From Pristiophorus japonicus (Eukaryota): DNA of 64,000 nt. Of this stretch, positions 1 to 12,442 are shown one piece after another. The notes below the pieces were generated by a model, which saw only the letters and a program-made list of their open reading frames with translations, was not told the origin of the DNA and did no database searches. Position 1 is the first letter of the stretch. Each line of letters opens with the position of its first letter. Made by a program: the position numbers and the translations under genes. Location: positions 500,650,001 to 500,714,000 of the forward strand of contig NC_091977.1 of the NCBI RefSeq assembly GCF_044704955.1. The letters are read 5' to 3'.

Positions 1-104
1 CTGTGGAAAATGACGACTTGAAAAGCTCACAAACAGGCAGGCAAACTTGCTCAAAGACAAATCCAAGCACATTGTAAATCACTTTTATCAATCTGACGGA
101 AAAG

Positions 105-895
105 ATTTCAACACCAACAACGTAGTGAAACGTCCCATTGCGCTTCACAGGAGTATTATGAGATAAAAAATTTGACACCGAACCGCACAAGTAGAAATTA
201 GCGCAGGTCAAAGCGGTATGTTTTAAGGAGTGTCTTGAAGGAGGAAAGAGAGGTAGAGGGTTGGAGGGATTTAGGCAGGGAGTTCCAGAGCTTGGGGCCT
301 GGACAACAGAAGGCACGGCCACCAATTATAATCATGGATGCTCAAGAGGGCAGAATTAGAGGAGTGCAGACATCTTGGGGGTTTTTGGGGCTAGAGAAGA
401 TTACAGAGATAGGGAGGGGTCATGGAGTGATTTGAAAACAAGGATGAATTTTAGAAATCAAGGCGTTGCTTAACCGGAAACCAATGTAGGTCAGCGAGTA
501 CAGAGGACTTGGTGCGAGTTAGGACACAGGCAGCCGAGGTTTGGATCGCCTCTAGTTTATGCAGGGTAGAATGTGGGAGGCTAGCTTGGAGTGCATTGGA
601 ATAGACAAGGCTAGAGGTAACAAAGACATGGATGAGGGCTTCAGCAGTGGATGAGCTGAGGCAAAAGCAATGTTACAGAGGTGGAAATAAGCGGTTTTAG
701 TTATGCTGTGGATATGTGGTCAAAAGCTTATATCAGGGTCAAATATGACACCAAGGTTGCGAACAGTCTGGTTCAGCCTCAGACAGGGATTGGACAGAGG
801 GATGGAGTCAGTGGCTAGGAAACGGAGGTTGTGGTGGGGGCCCGAAAACAATGGCTTCGTTCTGCTCAATATTCAATTGGAGAAAATTCCCAATA
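105..895 (-). mobile_element. L2-clade LINE 3' fragment (degenerate)
   Basis: Reverse strand resembles vertebrate L2 ORF2 C-terminus and 3' end (+ strand ...CAACAACGTAGTGAAACGTCCCA..., GGGAGTTCCAGAGCTTGGGGCC). Recognised from memory of the family; ends approximate. Confidence 0.7.
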
Positions 896-1019
896 TTCAG
901 TTTTAGAAAAAAACCACAGGTTGATGAAAAAACATAATGCAGCAATAATTTGCGAAGTGCTGAGCTCATGAGACAATCTAAAACCAAAATCTCTGTCGTG
1001 GAGCAGGAACGACAGATGT

Positions 1020-1300
1020 TAAAACTCGTCCAGTTATCAATCCCAGTTTTGTCACACAGGGAGGCACCAAATGGAGGCTGACCACAATCCATTGTCTCCT
1101 GCGAGTGCGTGGACATCGAGTGAGGACAGGATCAGGCTTGCTTTAATGCTCTCCTCGCTGAATAACCTGCTGCCACTCACTGTCCAGCCTCACACTTAAA
1201 GGATGAAAATTTGGGCAAGGTGCCAATGGGCTGCTAGCATGGGGAAGCTACCTCAACATAATCAATGACTTCAAGAGAGGGGGCCATGTAAAGGGCAGAA
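1020..1300 (+). mobile_element. Degenerate SINE fragment, same family as 13325-13655
   Basis: TGCGTGGACATCGAGTGAGGACAG (~1106-1129) matches the reverse complement of 13445-13468 (TGCATGGACATTAAGTGAGAACAG). Confidence 0.45.
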
Positions 1301-1554
1301 AACTGTCGAGAGAAATGTATATATTTTTAAATTGACATATTAAAATTAACATAAATAGGGAGAATACTTTTCCATTAAGGTCAATGTGATCCCAGGACAG
1401 GAATAATACCGAGTGCATTGATGCTGAGCAAGTGGTACTCTCTCTGATTTGTGATGGTAGGCCCTCTCGCTAATGCAATCTTTCATGTCTTTGACAGTCA
1501 CCCAGAGAGCCATAACTATATACTCTTGGGCTGCTCCACTCGACAGCAATTCAT

Positions 1555-1581
1555 ACATACATATGTATATATATATATATA
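1555..1581. repeat. (TA)n microsatellite
   Basis: Imperfect ...catatgtatatatatatata... run. Confidence 0.8.
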
Positions 1582-2819
1582 AAAATCAAGCTAGCTCTAA
1601 TTACCAGAGCTAACAGACGTGGCATAATGTTGTAAAACATCTCAGTGGGAACCCAATTAAACTGGTGTGTAATGCACACCTCTTCAAAGCCCAGTTAATT
1701 GAGGTGGGGAACACTAACTGTGTAATTGCTGATTAATGATATGGTAAAATGAGTTTTTACCTGTAATAACAGCCAAGAAGCCAGTTCTTGTGTTCAAAGT
1801 GCATTAATCAGCAAAAAATATTTATGAATATATTAATTCAATTAGGCACCATAACTAAGTGGAGGGACTACTGAAACTAGGAACACTGATGCTAGAGAAA
1901 AAAGATTGGGGATTTCTTATTGAGATATGCAAGATTCTAGTGTATGGATAAATTGAATCCCAAGATTATGTTTGATATACCTGTACTCACAAACAACTGA
2001 GTGAATTCAGGATCTCTCCCAACACTTGTATCTTGTTTTCGCAGTAAAAAGACAGCTTCCATCACCAACCCATGTGAACTATGAACTGAGATGATATGCA
2101 TGATGTGACTGAGGTAGCGTGTGGCAGGACTGATATACCGTAGTATTTTGCACCTGTGATTACATGGGCTGTCCACCATATTATCATTTCCACCTCAAAA
2201 GGCACTACCTAACAGTGAGACCGTTGTATTCAGGCTACAATGAATGGCCAGATTTAATGCAAATAAGATCATTACATGTTAGTATAAACAGCAAGATATT
2301 TATATTACAAATTCTTGAAAGAAAGAGTGATACAGTTCACAAGAATGTAAATATTTTTATCAGTCCTACAATCTGCAAGACTTTTGAAGGAAACAGACTT
2401 GAGGATGCAATCTTCAGACATGGGTAGCAATATTCTTCACTACAATATTGAAACTTGCTGTCCATTTTAGACGCAATTAAAAAAGAATCAAATATTACCG
2501 GAGAGGTTGAGTGATGTATATTCCCTAAATCAACAGTTCTTCGGAATATATAAATCACGCTAGTTCAAAGACACAATGGCGCACAGAATAATTTGACAAG
2601 ATGCGGTTTACACCCCAATCAGGCTTCATATAACTAATTAATGCCATGATTGAATATGTTTAATATGAGTAGTCCCGGGGCAAAGGTTCAACATCCTGTC
2701 TAATATGAAGATCAAAGGGTTTCAACTGGCACTTCATCTCCCTTAGAAACGATGGAAATCTTTGAACAGTGCTTTGTATTTAGCTGCCGCTCTTCCCAAA
2801 TGTATTAGTCCAGAGACAA

Positions 2820-3050
2820 AAGTTTATGCAAACAGGAAGGGTTTTCACTCCATCAATGTTCAAAGTGTGATCACCGCAGAAGGATAATTCAAGTCTGCGC
2901 TAGTTTTACTGGTAGCTGCAACATCATCTTCATTCTGAGTCACTCATCTATTCTCCACTTTTGCGCCTGTCCAGGAATTTCAGAGCATGGCTGCTAGGTG
3001 ACAAGCGTTACCCCCTACACATCTGGCTTATAACACATCTCCCAACAGCT
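2820..3050 (+). pseudogene. PIF/Harbinger transposase (HARBI1-like DDE) fragment
   Basis: Manual translation gives YANRKGFHSINVQ (~2825-2863) and WLLGDKRYPLHIWLIT (~2988-3035), hallmark Harbinger transposase motifs. Frameshifted and truncated. Confidence 0.8.
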
Positions 3051-3079
3051 ATGGAGTCACATTAATTTCCAGAGCTTGC

Positions 3080-3818
3080 TGCTTCAGCTCGGTGAGGTTC
3101 ACTATTTTGGGTGGTCCTCACCCACCCCAATCCTACTCCTCTCCCTTGTGTTGTGCTCCGTTCTGTCGTGCAGAGGGAGAGGGTGAGAGGTAGTCAGTAT
3201 CTGCTATAAAGGAGAGAGTGTAGATGTGTGGAGTTTTTTGCCTGTTGCACCAATGCTGAGAGTGAGAAGAAACAAGAGACAATCGGGATGGGAAGGTATT
3301 GAGTGGAAAGCCAGTGCGAAGTGAGGACGGAGCCAAGAGAGAAATTGATGATTCTGCAAATGCTACCAAGTGAGAAGAGAATAGTGCCACTAGCTGCTGT
3401 GAAGGGAGCAAGGAAGAGGTGAGTGTGTGTTTATAATGAGAATGAGTAGTGGTATGGTGTACCCTTGTGCTGGGCGGTAAAGGATGTAATGGAAGGGAGG
3501 GAATTGTTGAGACTTCTGGGAGAGGGAGAAAAGGACTGTTGCCAGTGTTGTTGAGAGAGATGGAGAAATGAAGAGCTGGACTTACGTGTGCTACTCTTGA
3601 GAAGCATTGCACTGCTTCCTGTACTGCATCCAGGTCCTAGGGCTGATGCTCCTGGATCTGAAAAGGAATCTCTGCTTTATCTCTTCATGCACGGTGGACT
3701 TGGTTTTCAGGAACCTTTCTCCAACTGATTGGAAAGAAAACGTCTCACCTTGCTCTGACCTCTTCCAGCAGAACCTCCGATCGGCCTCAGAGAATCTAAG
3801 GGCTTGCCTACGACTCAT
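3080..3818 (-). pseudogene. Harbinger Myb/SANT-like DNA-binding protein gene relic (two exons)
   Basis: ORF 3591..3818 reads MSRRQALRFSEAD...SISPRTWMQYRKQCN, with LLEEVRARRDVF in an adjacent frame. A GTAAGT donor lies at ~3585 and a second exon (HNTRERSRIG/GPPKIVNLTE) at ~3085-3165. Confidence 0.7.
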
Positions 3819-4039
3819 ACCAACGCGGTTTCTTCCTCTAGAAACCTTTCACCTCACTACTGACCCACCCACCCAAAACCCACCCAAAGTTAAAATGGGG
3901 GCCGCCATTTAAACACACATACGTTAAAATAGTTAAATTTTCTCCATAAAATACATGTGTGCTTTGTTATTGACAATGCATGCAATGAAGCTAGAAATTT
4001 GTGGTACTTTACATCTAGTTCCTTACAGCAGCATCCGAG

Positions 4040-4860
4040 CGCTGCTTCATCAATGACCTTCCCTCCATCACAAGGTCAGAAGTGAGGCTTTTCACTAATG
4101 ATTGCACAGTGCTCAGCTTAAATGGAAGCAAACTTGGGCTGATAAGTGATAGGTAACATTTGAGCCACACAAGTGCCAGGCAATGACCATTTCCAACAAG
4201 AGAGAGCCTAACCATCTCCTTGACATTCAATGGCATCACAATAGCCATATCATCCACCATCAATATCCTCAGAAACACCACTGACCAGAAACTGATCTGG
4301 ACTAGCCACATAAATGCCATGGCTGCGAGAGCTGGTCAGAGGGTAGATATTCTGTGATGTGTTGCCCACTTCCTGACTATCCAAAGTCTCTCCACCACCT
4401 ACAAGGAACAAGTCAGGAGCGTGATGGAATATCCTCCACTTGTTTGGATGGGTGCAGCTACAACACTCATCCAGCAGCTTAAACAGCCACTCTCTCCACC
4501 ACTGGTGTAACAGCAGTGTGTACTATCTACAGGATGCACTGCAGTGATCACCAAGCTTCTTCGGAAGCACTTCCCAAACCCGCGACCTCCACCACCTAGA
4601 AGGACAAGTGCATCAGGTGCATGGGAACATTATCACCACCAAGATGCACTCCAAATCAGATACCATCTCGCTTTCAACATATATCGCCATTGCTTTATCG
4701 CCTCTGGGTCAAAATCCTGGAACTTCCTACCAAACAGCATTGTGATAGTACCTTCACCACATGGACTGCAGTGGTTTATGATAAAAGCTCACTACCACTT
4801 TCTCAAGGGCAACCATGGTTGCCAGCCTTATCAGTGACGCCTATATCCCAAGAATGAATG
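4040..4860 (+). mobile_element. CR1-group LINE 'family B' 3' fragment
   Basis: RT C-terminal remnants (FINDLPSI..., YKEQVRSVMEY) plus the family 3' UTR (CCCAAACCCGCGACCTCCACCACCTAGAAGGACAAG...AATGAATGAA). Similar copies at 22965-25272 and 34345-36380. Confidence 0.75.
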
Positions 4861-5586
4861 AAAGACTGAATGAATCAGATTGCCAAAAATGATCTTGAAT
4901 CAAGACTGCTCATCTATGGATTTGGCAATGAGATGTTCTATAAACATTGACTGCAGTTATTGACAAACTGCTGCACTGGGAACTAGAGAGGGACTAAGAA
5001 TAATGGCCCAAGCAAGAGGCTGGAGAAATTATTGCAGTGTCATTTCTGCACCCAAGGCAATATGTTGAATTATAGCCCGACCCTGTTTACTCAATTATAT
5101 CCTTAGGTGAAGAATACAAAAGAGTAAAGCTGAAAATACTTCGATAAGTAGTATTTTGTTAGATTTTTCAATGGAAGATCAGTGTAAATGATATTAATAT
5201 ATCCATTGCTAATTTTTCTATGGAGATCTTTTGTAGCTATAACATGCAGCACAGCTTTAAAAATTATGAGGAAAGCATAAGTACTTCTTAATTACCAACT
5301 TCCCCCACCAGCCAAATGTTACTTTTGGATTAATTAGTGTTTTTTATTTTAAAAAGAAACTTTAATTTGTTTCTCACAGTACTTAAATATGTAAACTCCT
5401 TTGCAAAATCATTCTTTTAAATAGCTTCTTTTCTAGAGAAGAATTAATAAATAGCACTTGGTAAATATATCCAATATACAACTACTGAACAATTCAATGT
5501 GCAGTTCTTGAACTCTAAAGCTTATTAATAGATTTGTCGATAGGTTCCACCTCTTAGGCTGCCATCTAGAACATCCCATAGTTTGC

Positions 5587-6640
5587 AATTTATTGCCGGG
5601 GGATCGGTGGCGTATTTTGCCACCAAACATTTTCATGCCATTTCTGGACGACTGACTTTCTCTTTTGGCAAGACATGCCCTGAGGGTTTGCTGTTTGGGT
5701 CTGTAGTTGGGGAAATCAGAGATGTTTTTGAAAAGTGAGAATTTCTAAACCATGTCCACTGTTACAAAAAAAGCAGTTTGTTTAAGCAAGGAAGTATTTT
5801 GCTAAATTGTGTTGTTCTATAAATGTTCTCAGTTTCCTATTACTGAGATGCTCTATTCCTCATGCTTTGACAAGAGCTGAATGAAAGCAACATTTTTGCT
5901 CAACAGTAGTATCACGTGCAGTCGTGGTTCCGAACGAGTGACCCAGAGAGTTCTAACCCCTCTATGCCAAGTTGTGGAATTGAATTTGCAATTGGTCATG
6001 TGGGCAGCATAGCAGGGGCCGATTGTATTGGCATAATATGCAGCCTGAATTTTGAGGGCTGTTTCAGCTTGTACACAGGACAGTATCTCGGGTCAGAGGG
6101 CTGATGCACTGAACAGTGTCTCAGTCCGATTACAATGAAATGTGTAAACAGGATAGGAAACAGGCTCGAGATACAGATATTTTGTCAGTTTTGTGAATGC
6201 ACTGGGAATGTCACAAGCCTTGTACTTCAAGGTGAGATACGAACCAATCTGACACCTAATGAATAACTTCAGAAATCACTGTTGAGCACAGAAACATGTG
6301 AAGTCCTGCCGTTAGTTTGGAACAATTGCTCATGCTATCAATTTTCAGCCTGCTTGGGAAATTTGTTTTCTTTGATAAAATCTCTTGCTACTACATTACT
6401 TTGAAAATCAAGCCCTTGCAGACTAAATTAATGAAGGAGAAATTAATTAACCAAAAAAAGGGGAAGCGGACACTAAGCAAGAGTTATGGGAAAAGGTTAG
6501 GAGAGATCAACAAAGGTGCATGTCCCGAGTGTGTTGGTGTGACTGGCTGTCTGTAATAAACGTGAACACTTTAGCATGGGGTCAAACAGCATTTGTCACA
6601 ACACAAGCAGATAACTCAGGGCGCTGCCATTGGCTACAGT
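5587..6640 (+). repeat. Tandem duplication, copy A (~1.05 kb, uninterrupted)
   Basis: Collinear with 6641-6930, 7771-8350, 13277-13325 and 13826-14010. Confidence 0.9.
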
Positions 6641-6930
6641 AATTTATTGCCAGGGGATCGCTGACGTGTTTTGCCACCAAACATTTTCATGGCACTTCTG
6701 AACGACTGTATTTACTTTTTCTTTTGTCAAAACATGCCCTGAAGAATTGCTGTTTGCGTTTGTAGTTGGGGAAATCGGAGCTTATTTTGAAAAGTGAGAA
6801 TTTCTAAACCATGTTCACTGTTACAACAAAAATCAGTTTGTTTAAGCAAGAAAGTGTTTTGGTAACTTGAGTTGTACTATAAATATTCTAAGTTTCCTAT
6901 TACTGAAAAATTTAAGATGCTCTATTCCTC

Positions 6931-7770
6931 GGGGCTGAAATAGCCCACCGCCCGAAACCCTCCTTTTTTTTTAACAAACGTTTTTCTCTGCCGCAACCCA
7001 TGTAGCGGAGATGCCGTCGATATTCGGCACTTTGAAGTTTTTTTTCTGACTGGGCAGATGTTGTGGTGGCTGAAGGGCGGATGTGCCCTTGCAGCGCTGA
7101 TGACGGGCCGTGTCTCGCTGACGCGTTACAACGTCCCTCCCCTTCACTTAAAGGGGAGAGCTGCTGCGAACTCTGCATATTTTTCAGTTAGATCTACTGG
7201 GTCACCAAGGAGGGTTTCGGCCAGGCTAGCGGCCTGGCACCCAAGAGGGGGTGCCGGGCTGCCTGTTAGCGGCCCTGCTGAACCCGGGGGCATAATTGTC
7301 GCGCTGACCAGGCAGTCGGCCGACAATACAAAATAAAATGGTGTCACCGGCAGCACCACCTCCCCTTTAAGGGTGGCTGCGCCGCCAACCATCAAGGAGT
7401 GCACCAACAGAAAAAGCTGTTGGGGGCACCGATCGGCAGCGGCACTGCTCCCGCGGGAAAATTCCGCAAAAGGGATATTTCCCGCAGGGCAATTTCAGGA
7501 AGGACTCGTTACTAGTCAGTAAGGGGTTGGCGCGTGCATGCCACGGCGGGAAAACAGGTGGAGCAGTCCCCTACACCGCTCCGACCCCGAGGAAGGACAA
7601 TGTTTAAAATTGCGGCCGCTCCGTGAAGACTCAGCGGCTGTTCCACGCCGCCCCGGCAAGCAAGCCCCAGGTGGGCAGAGGGAACGCTTTAAGGACACTC
7701 CCAAAGCCTCCTTGACAAAGTCGCTTTCAGGCGGCCAGAGGCCTTAATCAGAAGGTGCAATTTCGGCACC
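6931..7770. mobile_element. Non-autonomous PIF/Harbinger-type MITE
   Basis: TIRs GGGGCTGAAATAGC / GCAATTTCGGCACC and 3-bp TSD CTC (6928-6930, 7771-7773). The empty site TATTCCTCATGC is present in duplication copy A (~5855). Confidence 0.85.
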
Positions 7771-8489
7771 CTCATATTTTGGTTAAGAGCTGAATGAAAA
7801 GGACCTATTTACTCAGTAGTAATATTAAATGCAGTAGTGTAGTGGTTCTGGTTCCGAATAAGTGACCCAGAGAGTTCTAACCCCACCATGCCAAGTTGTG
7901 GAGTTGGTCATGTGGGCAGCACAGCAGGGTCTGATTGTGCTGGCATAATAGCAGCCTGAATTTTGAGGGCTCGTTCTGCATGTATACAGGACAGTATCGC
8001 GGGTCAGAGGACTGATGCATTGAACAGTGTCTCAGTCCGAAGTGCTGATGATGAAATGTATAAACAGGATAGGAAAAAGGTTTGAGATACAGCCAACCGT
8101 AATATTTGTTTTGTCAGCTATGTGAATGCACTGGAAATGTCACATGCCTTGTACTACAAGATGAGATACTAACCAATCTGACACCTAGAGTGCAATGAAT
8201 AACTTCATAAATCACTGTTGAGCACAGAAACATGTGACATCCTGGCGTTAGTTTGGAACGATTAATCATGTTATCAATTATCAGCCTGCTTGGGAAATTT
8301 GTTTTCTTTGATATAAATGTGACGACAGCTCTTGCAATTACACTATTACGTGTGGTGTTTCAAGACCAGGACCTCATATCCAGCACCAAGCTTATGGTCG
8401 ACAGGGCAGTAGTGATACCCGCCCTGCTATATGGCTTAGATATGTGGACTATATACACAGCAGGCACCTCAAAAAGCTGAAGAAGTACC

Positions 8490-8700
8490 TGTTGTGTTCC
8501 TAACACAGATGAGACTGCACACAGGGAGGTTAAGGTAACAGTGACGTCAGTCTTTATTCAGACACTCCAGAGTGAGGAACAGGCCTTAGGGGTCAGCTTA
8601 TATAAAGTGCTCCGAAGGGATGCTGGGATCCCTTGGGACTTCAGGGGATGCGCTCCCTGGTGGCGGAACATGGGAGTGCATGCTTTACAGATACACAACA
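8490..8700 (-). repeat. 3' LTR of Gypsy element 1
   Basis: TG...CA ends; about 12 differences from 12443-12653 by hand count. Confidence 0.95.
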
Positions 8701-8732
8701 TCACGCCCCGTCAAAGTCAAAGTGAAAACTAT

Positions 8733-11700
8733 TTACAAGGTGAGGCGGTCGGGAGCCTTTCCTTCCCTGGTGGACCGCCTCGGTACAAATGTCTGTTCTG
8801 GTGTGTTGGCTGTGCCCTTGCTGGGCTGGTGTGTTGTTGGCCCTGCAGGGCTGCTGAGTGTGCCTGCCCTTGATGGGCTGTTGGGCATCATGGGTTCGAT
8901 TTCCTGGTCCGGTGTGGTGTTGTTGATCCTTTGGTTGTGTGTTGTGGGCTCGAAAAAGGTGCGTGTCTGCTGTGGGTCGTTCAACGCAGTCTGTGAACCG
9001 CAGCCTCGTTTGGTACAGGCGCTTTCTGCAAATTTGTCCATTGTCTAGATTGACGACAAACACCCTACGCCCTAGCTATCACCGTGCCCGCGATCCACTT
9101 GGGACCATGTCCATAGTTTAGCACATACACAGGGGCATTCAGATCAATTTCCCGTGACACACTGGCGCAATCATTGTTTACATTTTGTTGCTGCTGCCTG
9201 CTCTCTACCTGATCATGCAGATTGGGGTGAACCAGCGAGAGTCTGGTTTTAAGTGTCCTTTTCATGAGTTGCTCAGCCGGGGGCACCCCTGTGAGCAAGT
9301 GGGGTCTCGTGTGGTAGCTGAGCAGTACTCGAGACAGGCGGGTTTGTAGTGAGCCTTCTGTGACTCATTTAAGGCTCTGTTTGATAGTTGGTATTGCCCG
9401 CTCTGCCTGCCCATTGGAGGCTGGTTTAAACGGGGCCGAGGTAATATGTTTGATTCCATTGCGGGTCATGAATTCTTTAAATTCGGCACTGGTGAAACAT
9501 GGCCCGTTGTCACTGACCAGTATTTCAGGCAGGCCGTGGGTGGCAAACATTGCCCTCGGGCTTTCAATGGTGGCGGTGGCGGTGCTTCCTGACATTATTT
9601 CACATTCAATCCATTTTGAAAAAGCATCCACCACCACCAGGAACATTTTACCGAGAAATGGGCCCGCATAGTCGCCATGAATCCTCGACCATGGTCTGGA
9701 GGGCGAGGACCACAAACTTAGTGGTGCCTCTCTGAGCGCGTTGCTCAACTGAGCACACGCGCTGCATTGCCGTACACAAGACTCTAAGTCAGAGTCGATA
9801 CCGGGCCACCACACGTGGGATCTGGCTATTGCTTTCATCATTACTATACCCGGGTGTGTGCTGTGCAGATCAGAGATGAAAATCTCCCTGCCCTTTTTGG
9901 GTAGCACTACGTGGTTACCCCACAACAGGCAGTCTGCCTGAATGGACAGCTCGTCCTTTCGCCGCTGGAATGACTCGATTGGCTCTTGCATTTCAACGGG
10001 GATGCTGGCCCAGCTCCCATGCAGTACACAGTTTTTTACGAGGGACAGCAGAGGATCTTGGCTGGTCCAAGTCCTAATCTGGCGGGCCGTGACAGGTGAT
10101 TTATCATTTTCAAACGCTTCCATGACCATCAACAAGTCTGAGGGCTGCGCCACCAACAACAAGTTTGCAGGCTGCGCCATTTTCACCCCCGTGGTGGGCA
10201 AAGGTAGCCGACTGAGAGCATCCGCACAGTTCTCGGTGCCTGGCCTGTGGCGGATGGTATACTAATACGCTGATAGCGCGAGTGCCCACCTTTGTATGCA
10301 GGCTGAGGCATTAGTATTTATCCCCTTGTTTTCAGCAAACAGGGATATGAGAGGCTTGTGATTTGGTTTCCAGCTCAAATTTGAGGCCAAACAGGTACTG
10401 ATGCATTTTCTTTACCCCGAACACACATGCTAATGCCTCTTTCTCAATCATGCTGGAGGCCCTCTCGGCCTTGGACAAGCTCCTGGAGGCATAGGCGACA
10501 GGTTGCAAATTCCCCGCAATGTTAGCTTGTTGTAAACACACCCGATGCCGTACGAAAACGCATCACATGCTAGCACAAGTCTTTTACACAGGTTATGCAA
10601 TACAAGCAGCTTGTTGGAGCATAAAATGTTTCTGGCTTTCTCAAAAGCAATTAAATAGTTTTTTCCCCATACCCAGTTCTCACCTTTATGCAATAACACA
10701 TGTCGGGGCTCTAAGAGGGTGCTTAACCCCAGTAGGAAGTTACCAAAATAGTTGAGTCGTCCCAGGAACGACCGCAACTCAGTGACATTCTGTGGCCTGT
10801 GCGCATTCCTGATAGCCTCTCTGTCTTGGCGTCTGTGGGCCGAATGTCGTCTGCCGCGATCTTTCTCCCCAAAAACTCCACTTCTGTTGCCATGAAGACG
10901 CATTTCGACCTCTTCAGTCGCAGCCCTACGCGATCCAGTCGCTGGAGGACCTCCTCCAGGTTTTGTCGGTGCTCAACGGTGTCCCGACCCGTGATCAATA
11001 TGTCGTCTTGAAAAACCACCGTGCATGGTACTGACTTGAGTAGGCTCTCCATGTTTCTCTGGAAGATCGCTGCAGCCTACCAAATTCCAAACGGGCATCT
11101 GTTATAGATGAACAGTCTCTTGTGCTTGTTGATGCAGGTGAGGCCCTTCGAAGACTCCTCCAGCTCCTGCGTCATGTAGGCCGAAGTCAGGTCGAGCTTG
11201 GTGAACGTCTTGCCTCCTGCCAGCGTCGCAAATAGATCGTCTGCCTTAGGTAGCGGGTATTGGTCCTGTCGCGAGAAACGACTAATAGTTACTTTATAAT
11301 CGCCGCAAATCCTGACCGCTCCATCACTTTTGAGTACTGGAACAATCGGGCTGGCCCACTCGCTGAATTCCACTGGGGAGATGATGCCCTCGCATTGCAG
11401 CCTATCCAGCTCAATTTCCACTCTCTCCCTCATCATGTGAGGTACCGCTCGCACCTTGTGGTGAATGGGTCGTGCCTCTGGGACCAAGTGGATCCGCACT
11501 TTCACCCCGGAAAAGTTTTCAATGCCTGGCTCAAAAAGGGAAGGAAATTTGTTAAGAACCTGGGTACATGAGGCCTCATCGATATGTGATAGCGCTCGGA
11601 TGTCATCCCAGTTCCAGCGTATTTTTCCCAGCCAGCTCCTTCCAAGCAATGTAGGGCCATCGCCCGGGACAATCCAGAGTGGCAGTTCATGCACCGTGCC

Positions 11701-12400
11701 CTCGTAGGTGACCTTGACCATGGCGCCGCCCAGGACAGTGATAAGCTCTTTGGTGTACGTTCTCAGTTTTGTGTGGATGGGGCTCAGGGCTGGTCTGAGT
11801 GCCTTGTTGCACCACAGTCTCCCAAACATATTTTTACTCATGATGGATTGGCTAGCGCCAGTGTCCAGTTCCATGGCTACGGGTAAGTCATTCAATTTTA
11901 CATTTAGCATTATAGATGGACATTTCGTCGAAAATGTGTGCACCCCGTGTACTTCAGCATCTGACTCCTCTCTCTGAGGCTCGAAATTGCTTTGATCCAC
12001 CATGGACAGATCTTCCTCTGCCATGTGGTGGTTAGTATCAAACTCACATTGTCCTGCAAGTCGCCTTAGCTCGGCAACGTAGCTCGCCATTTCCTGACCT
12101 TCAGATCGCTGGCACGTGTAGAACTGATACCTCGCCATCAGCACGCTCTTCCACGGGTTAAGATGCTCCCGAACCAGTGTACACAGCTCCTCATATGACT
12201 TATCTATGGGTTTCACCGGAGCCAGAAGATTCTTCATGAGGTATGGGCACCCTGTGCCCCGCAGACCGTGAGGAGGACCGCTCTCCATTTTGCAGCGCTT
12301 CCTTCTCCATCCAGCTCGTTGGCTACAAAGTGCTGGTCTAGCCGTTCGACATAGGCTTCCCAGTCCTCACCCTCCAAGAACTTCTCCAGGATGCTCTCAA
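8733..12400 (-). pseudogene. gag-pol (PR-RT-RH-IN) of Gypsy element 1, frameshifted, gag partly deleted
   Basis: Protease ELDTGAS, RT (WASPIVPV, RICGDY, KLDL, FQDD), RNase H (LACDA, YSMIEKEALA-like), and integrase HHCC plus DDE (VVVDAFSKW, VSDNG, SNGQAER), across ORFs 11077..12288, 10723..11052, 10448..10903, 10332..10541 and 9365..10201. Confidence 0.92.
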
Positions 12401-12442
12401 TTTGCTGCATCTTTGCATTGGATTCGTATACTCGTCGCCAGT

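Noticed and set aside
2109-2130. TGAGGTAG let-7 seed-like sequence
   Set aside because: The remainder does not match let-7 and no precursor hairpin is evident.
1937-2179. Possible host exon on - ending at a GTGAGT donor (...DPEFTQLF)
   Set aside because: No recognisable protein similarity and no convincing acceptor or partner exons.
5107-5147. Possible terminal exon after CCTTAG (GEEYKRVKLKILR*)
   Set aside because: Too short to distinguish from chance; similar isolated AG/GT candidates at ~14941, ~30650 and 33669-33717 form no consistent gene.
6516-6545. Resemblance of GTCCCGAGTGTGTTGGTGT to Y RNA 5' ends
   Set aside because: Lacks the GGCTGGTCCGA start, the complementary CTTGACTAGCC end and a + strand T-run terminator.
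6317-6556. Similar short ORF ends in both duplicate copies (GEINKGACPECVGVTGCL / GEMNKGACPEYVGVNGYL)
   Set aside because: Explained by the DNA duplication; upstream indels break the frame and most changes are non-synonymous.
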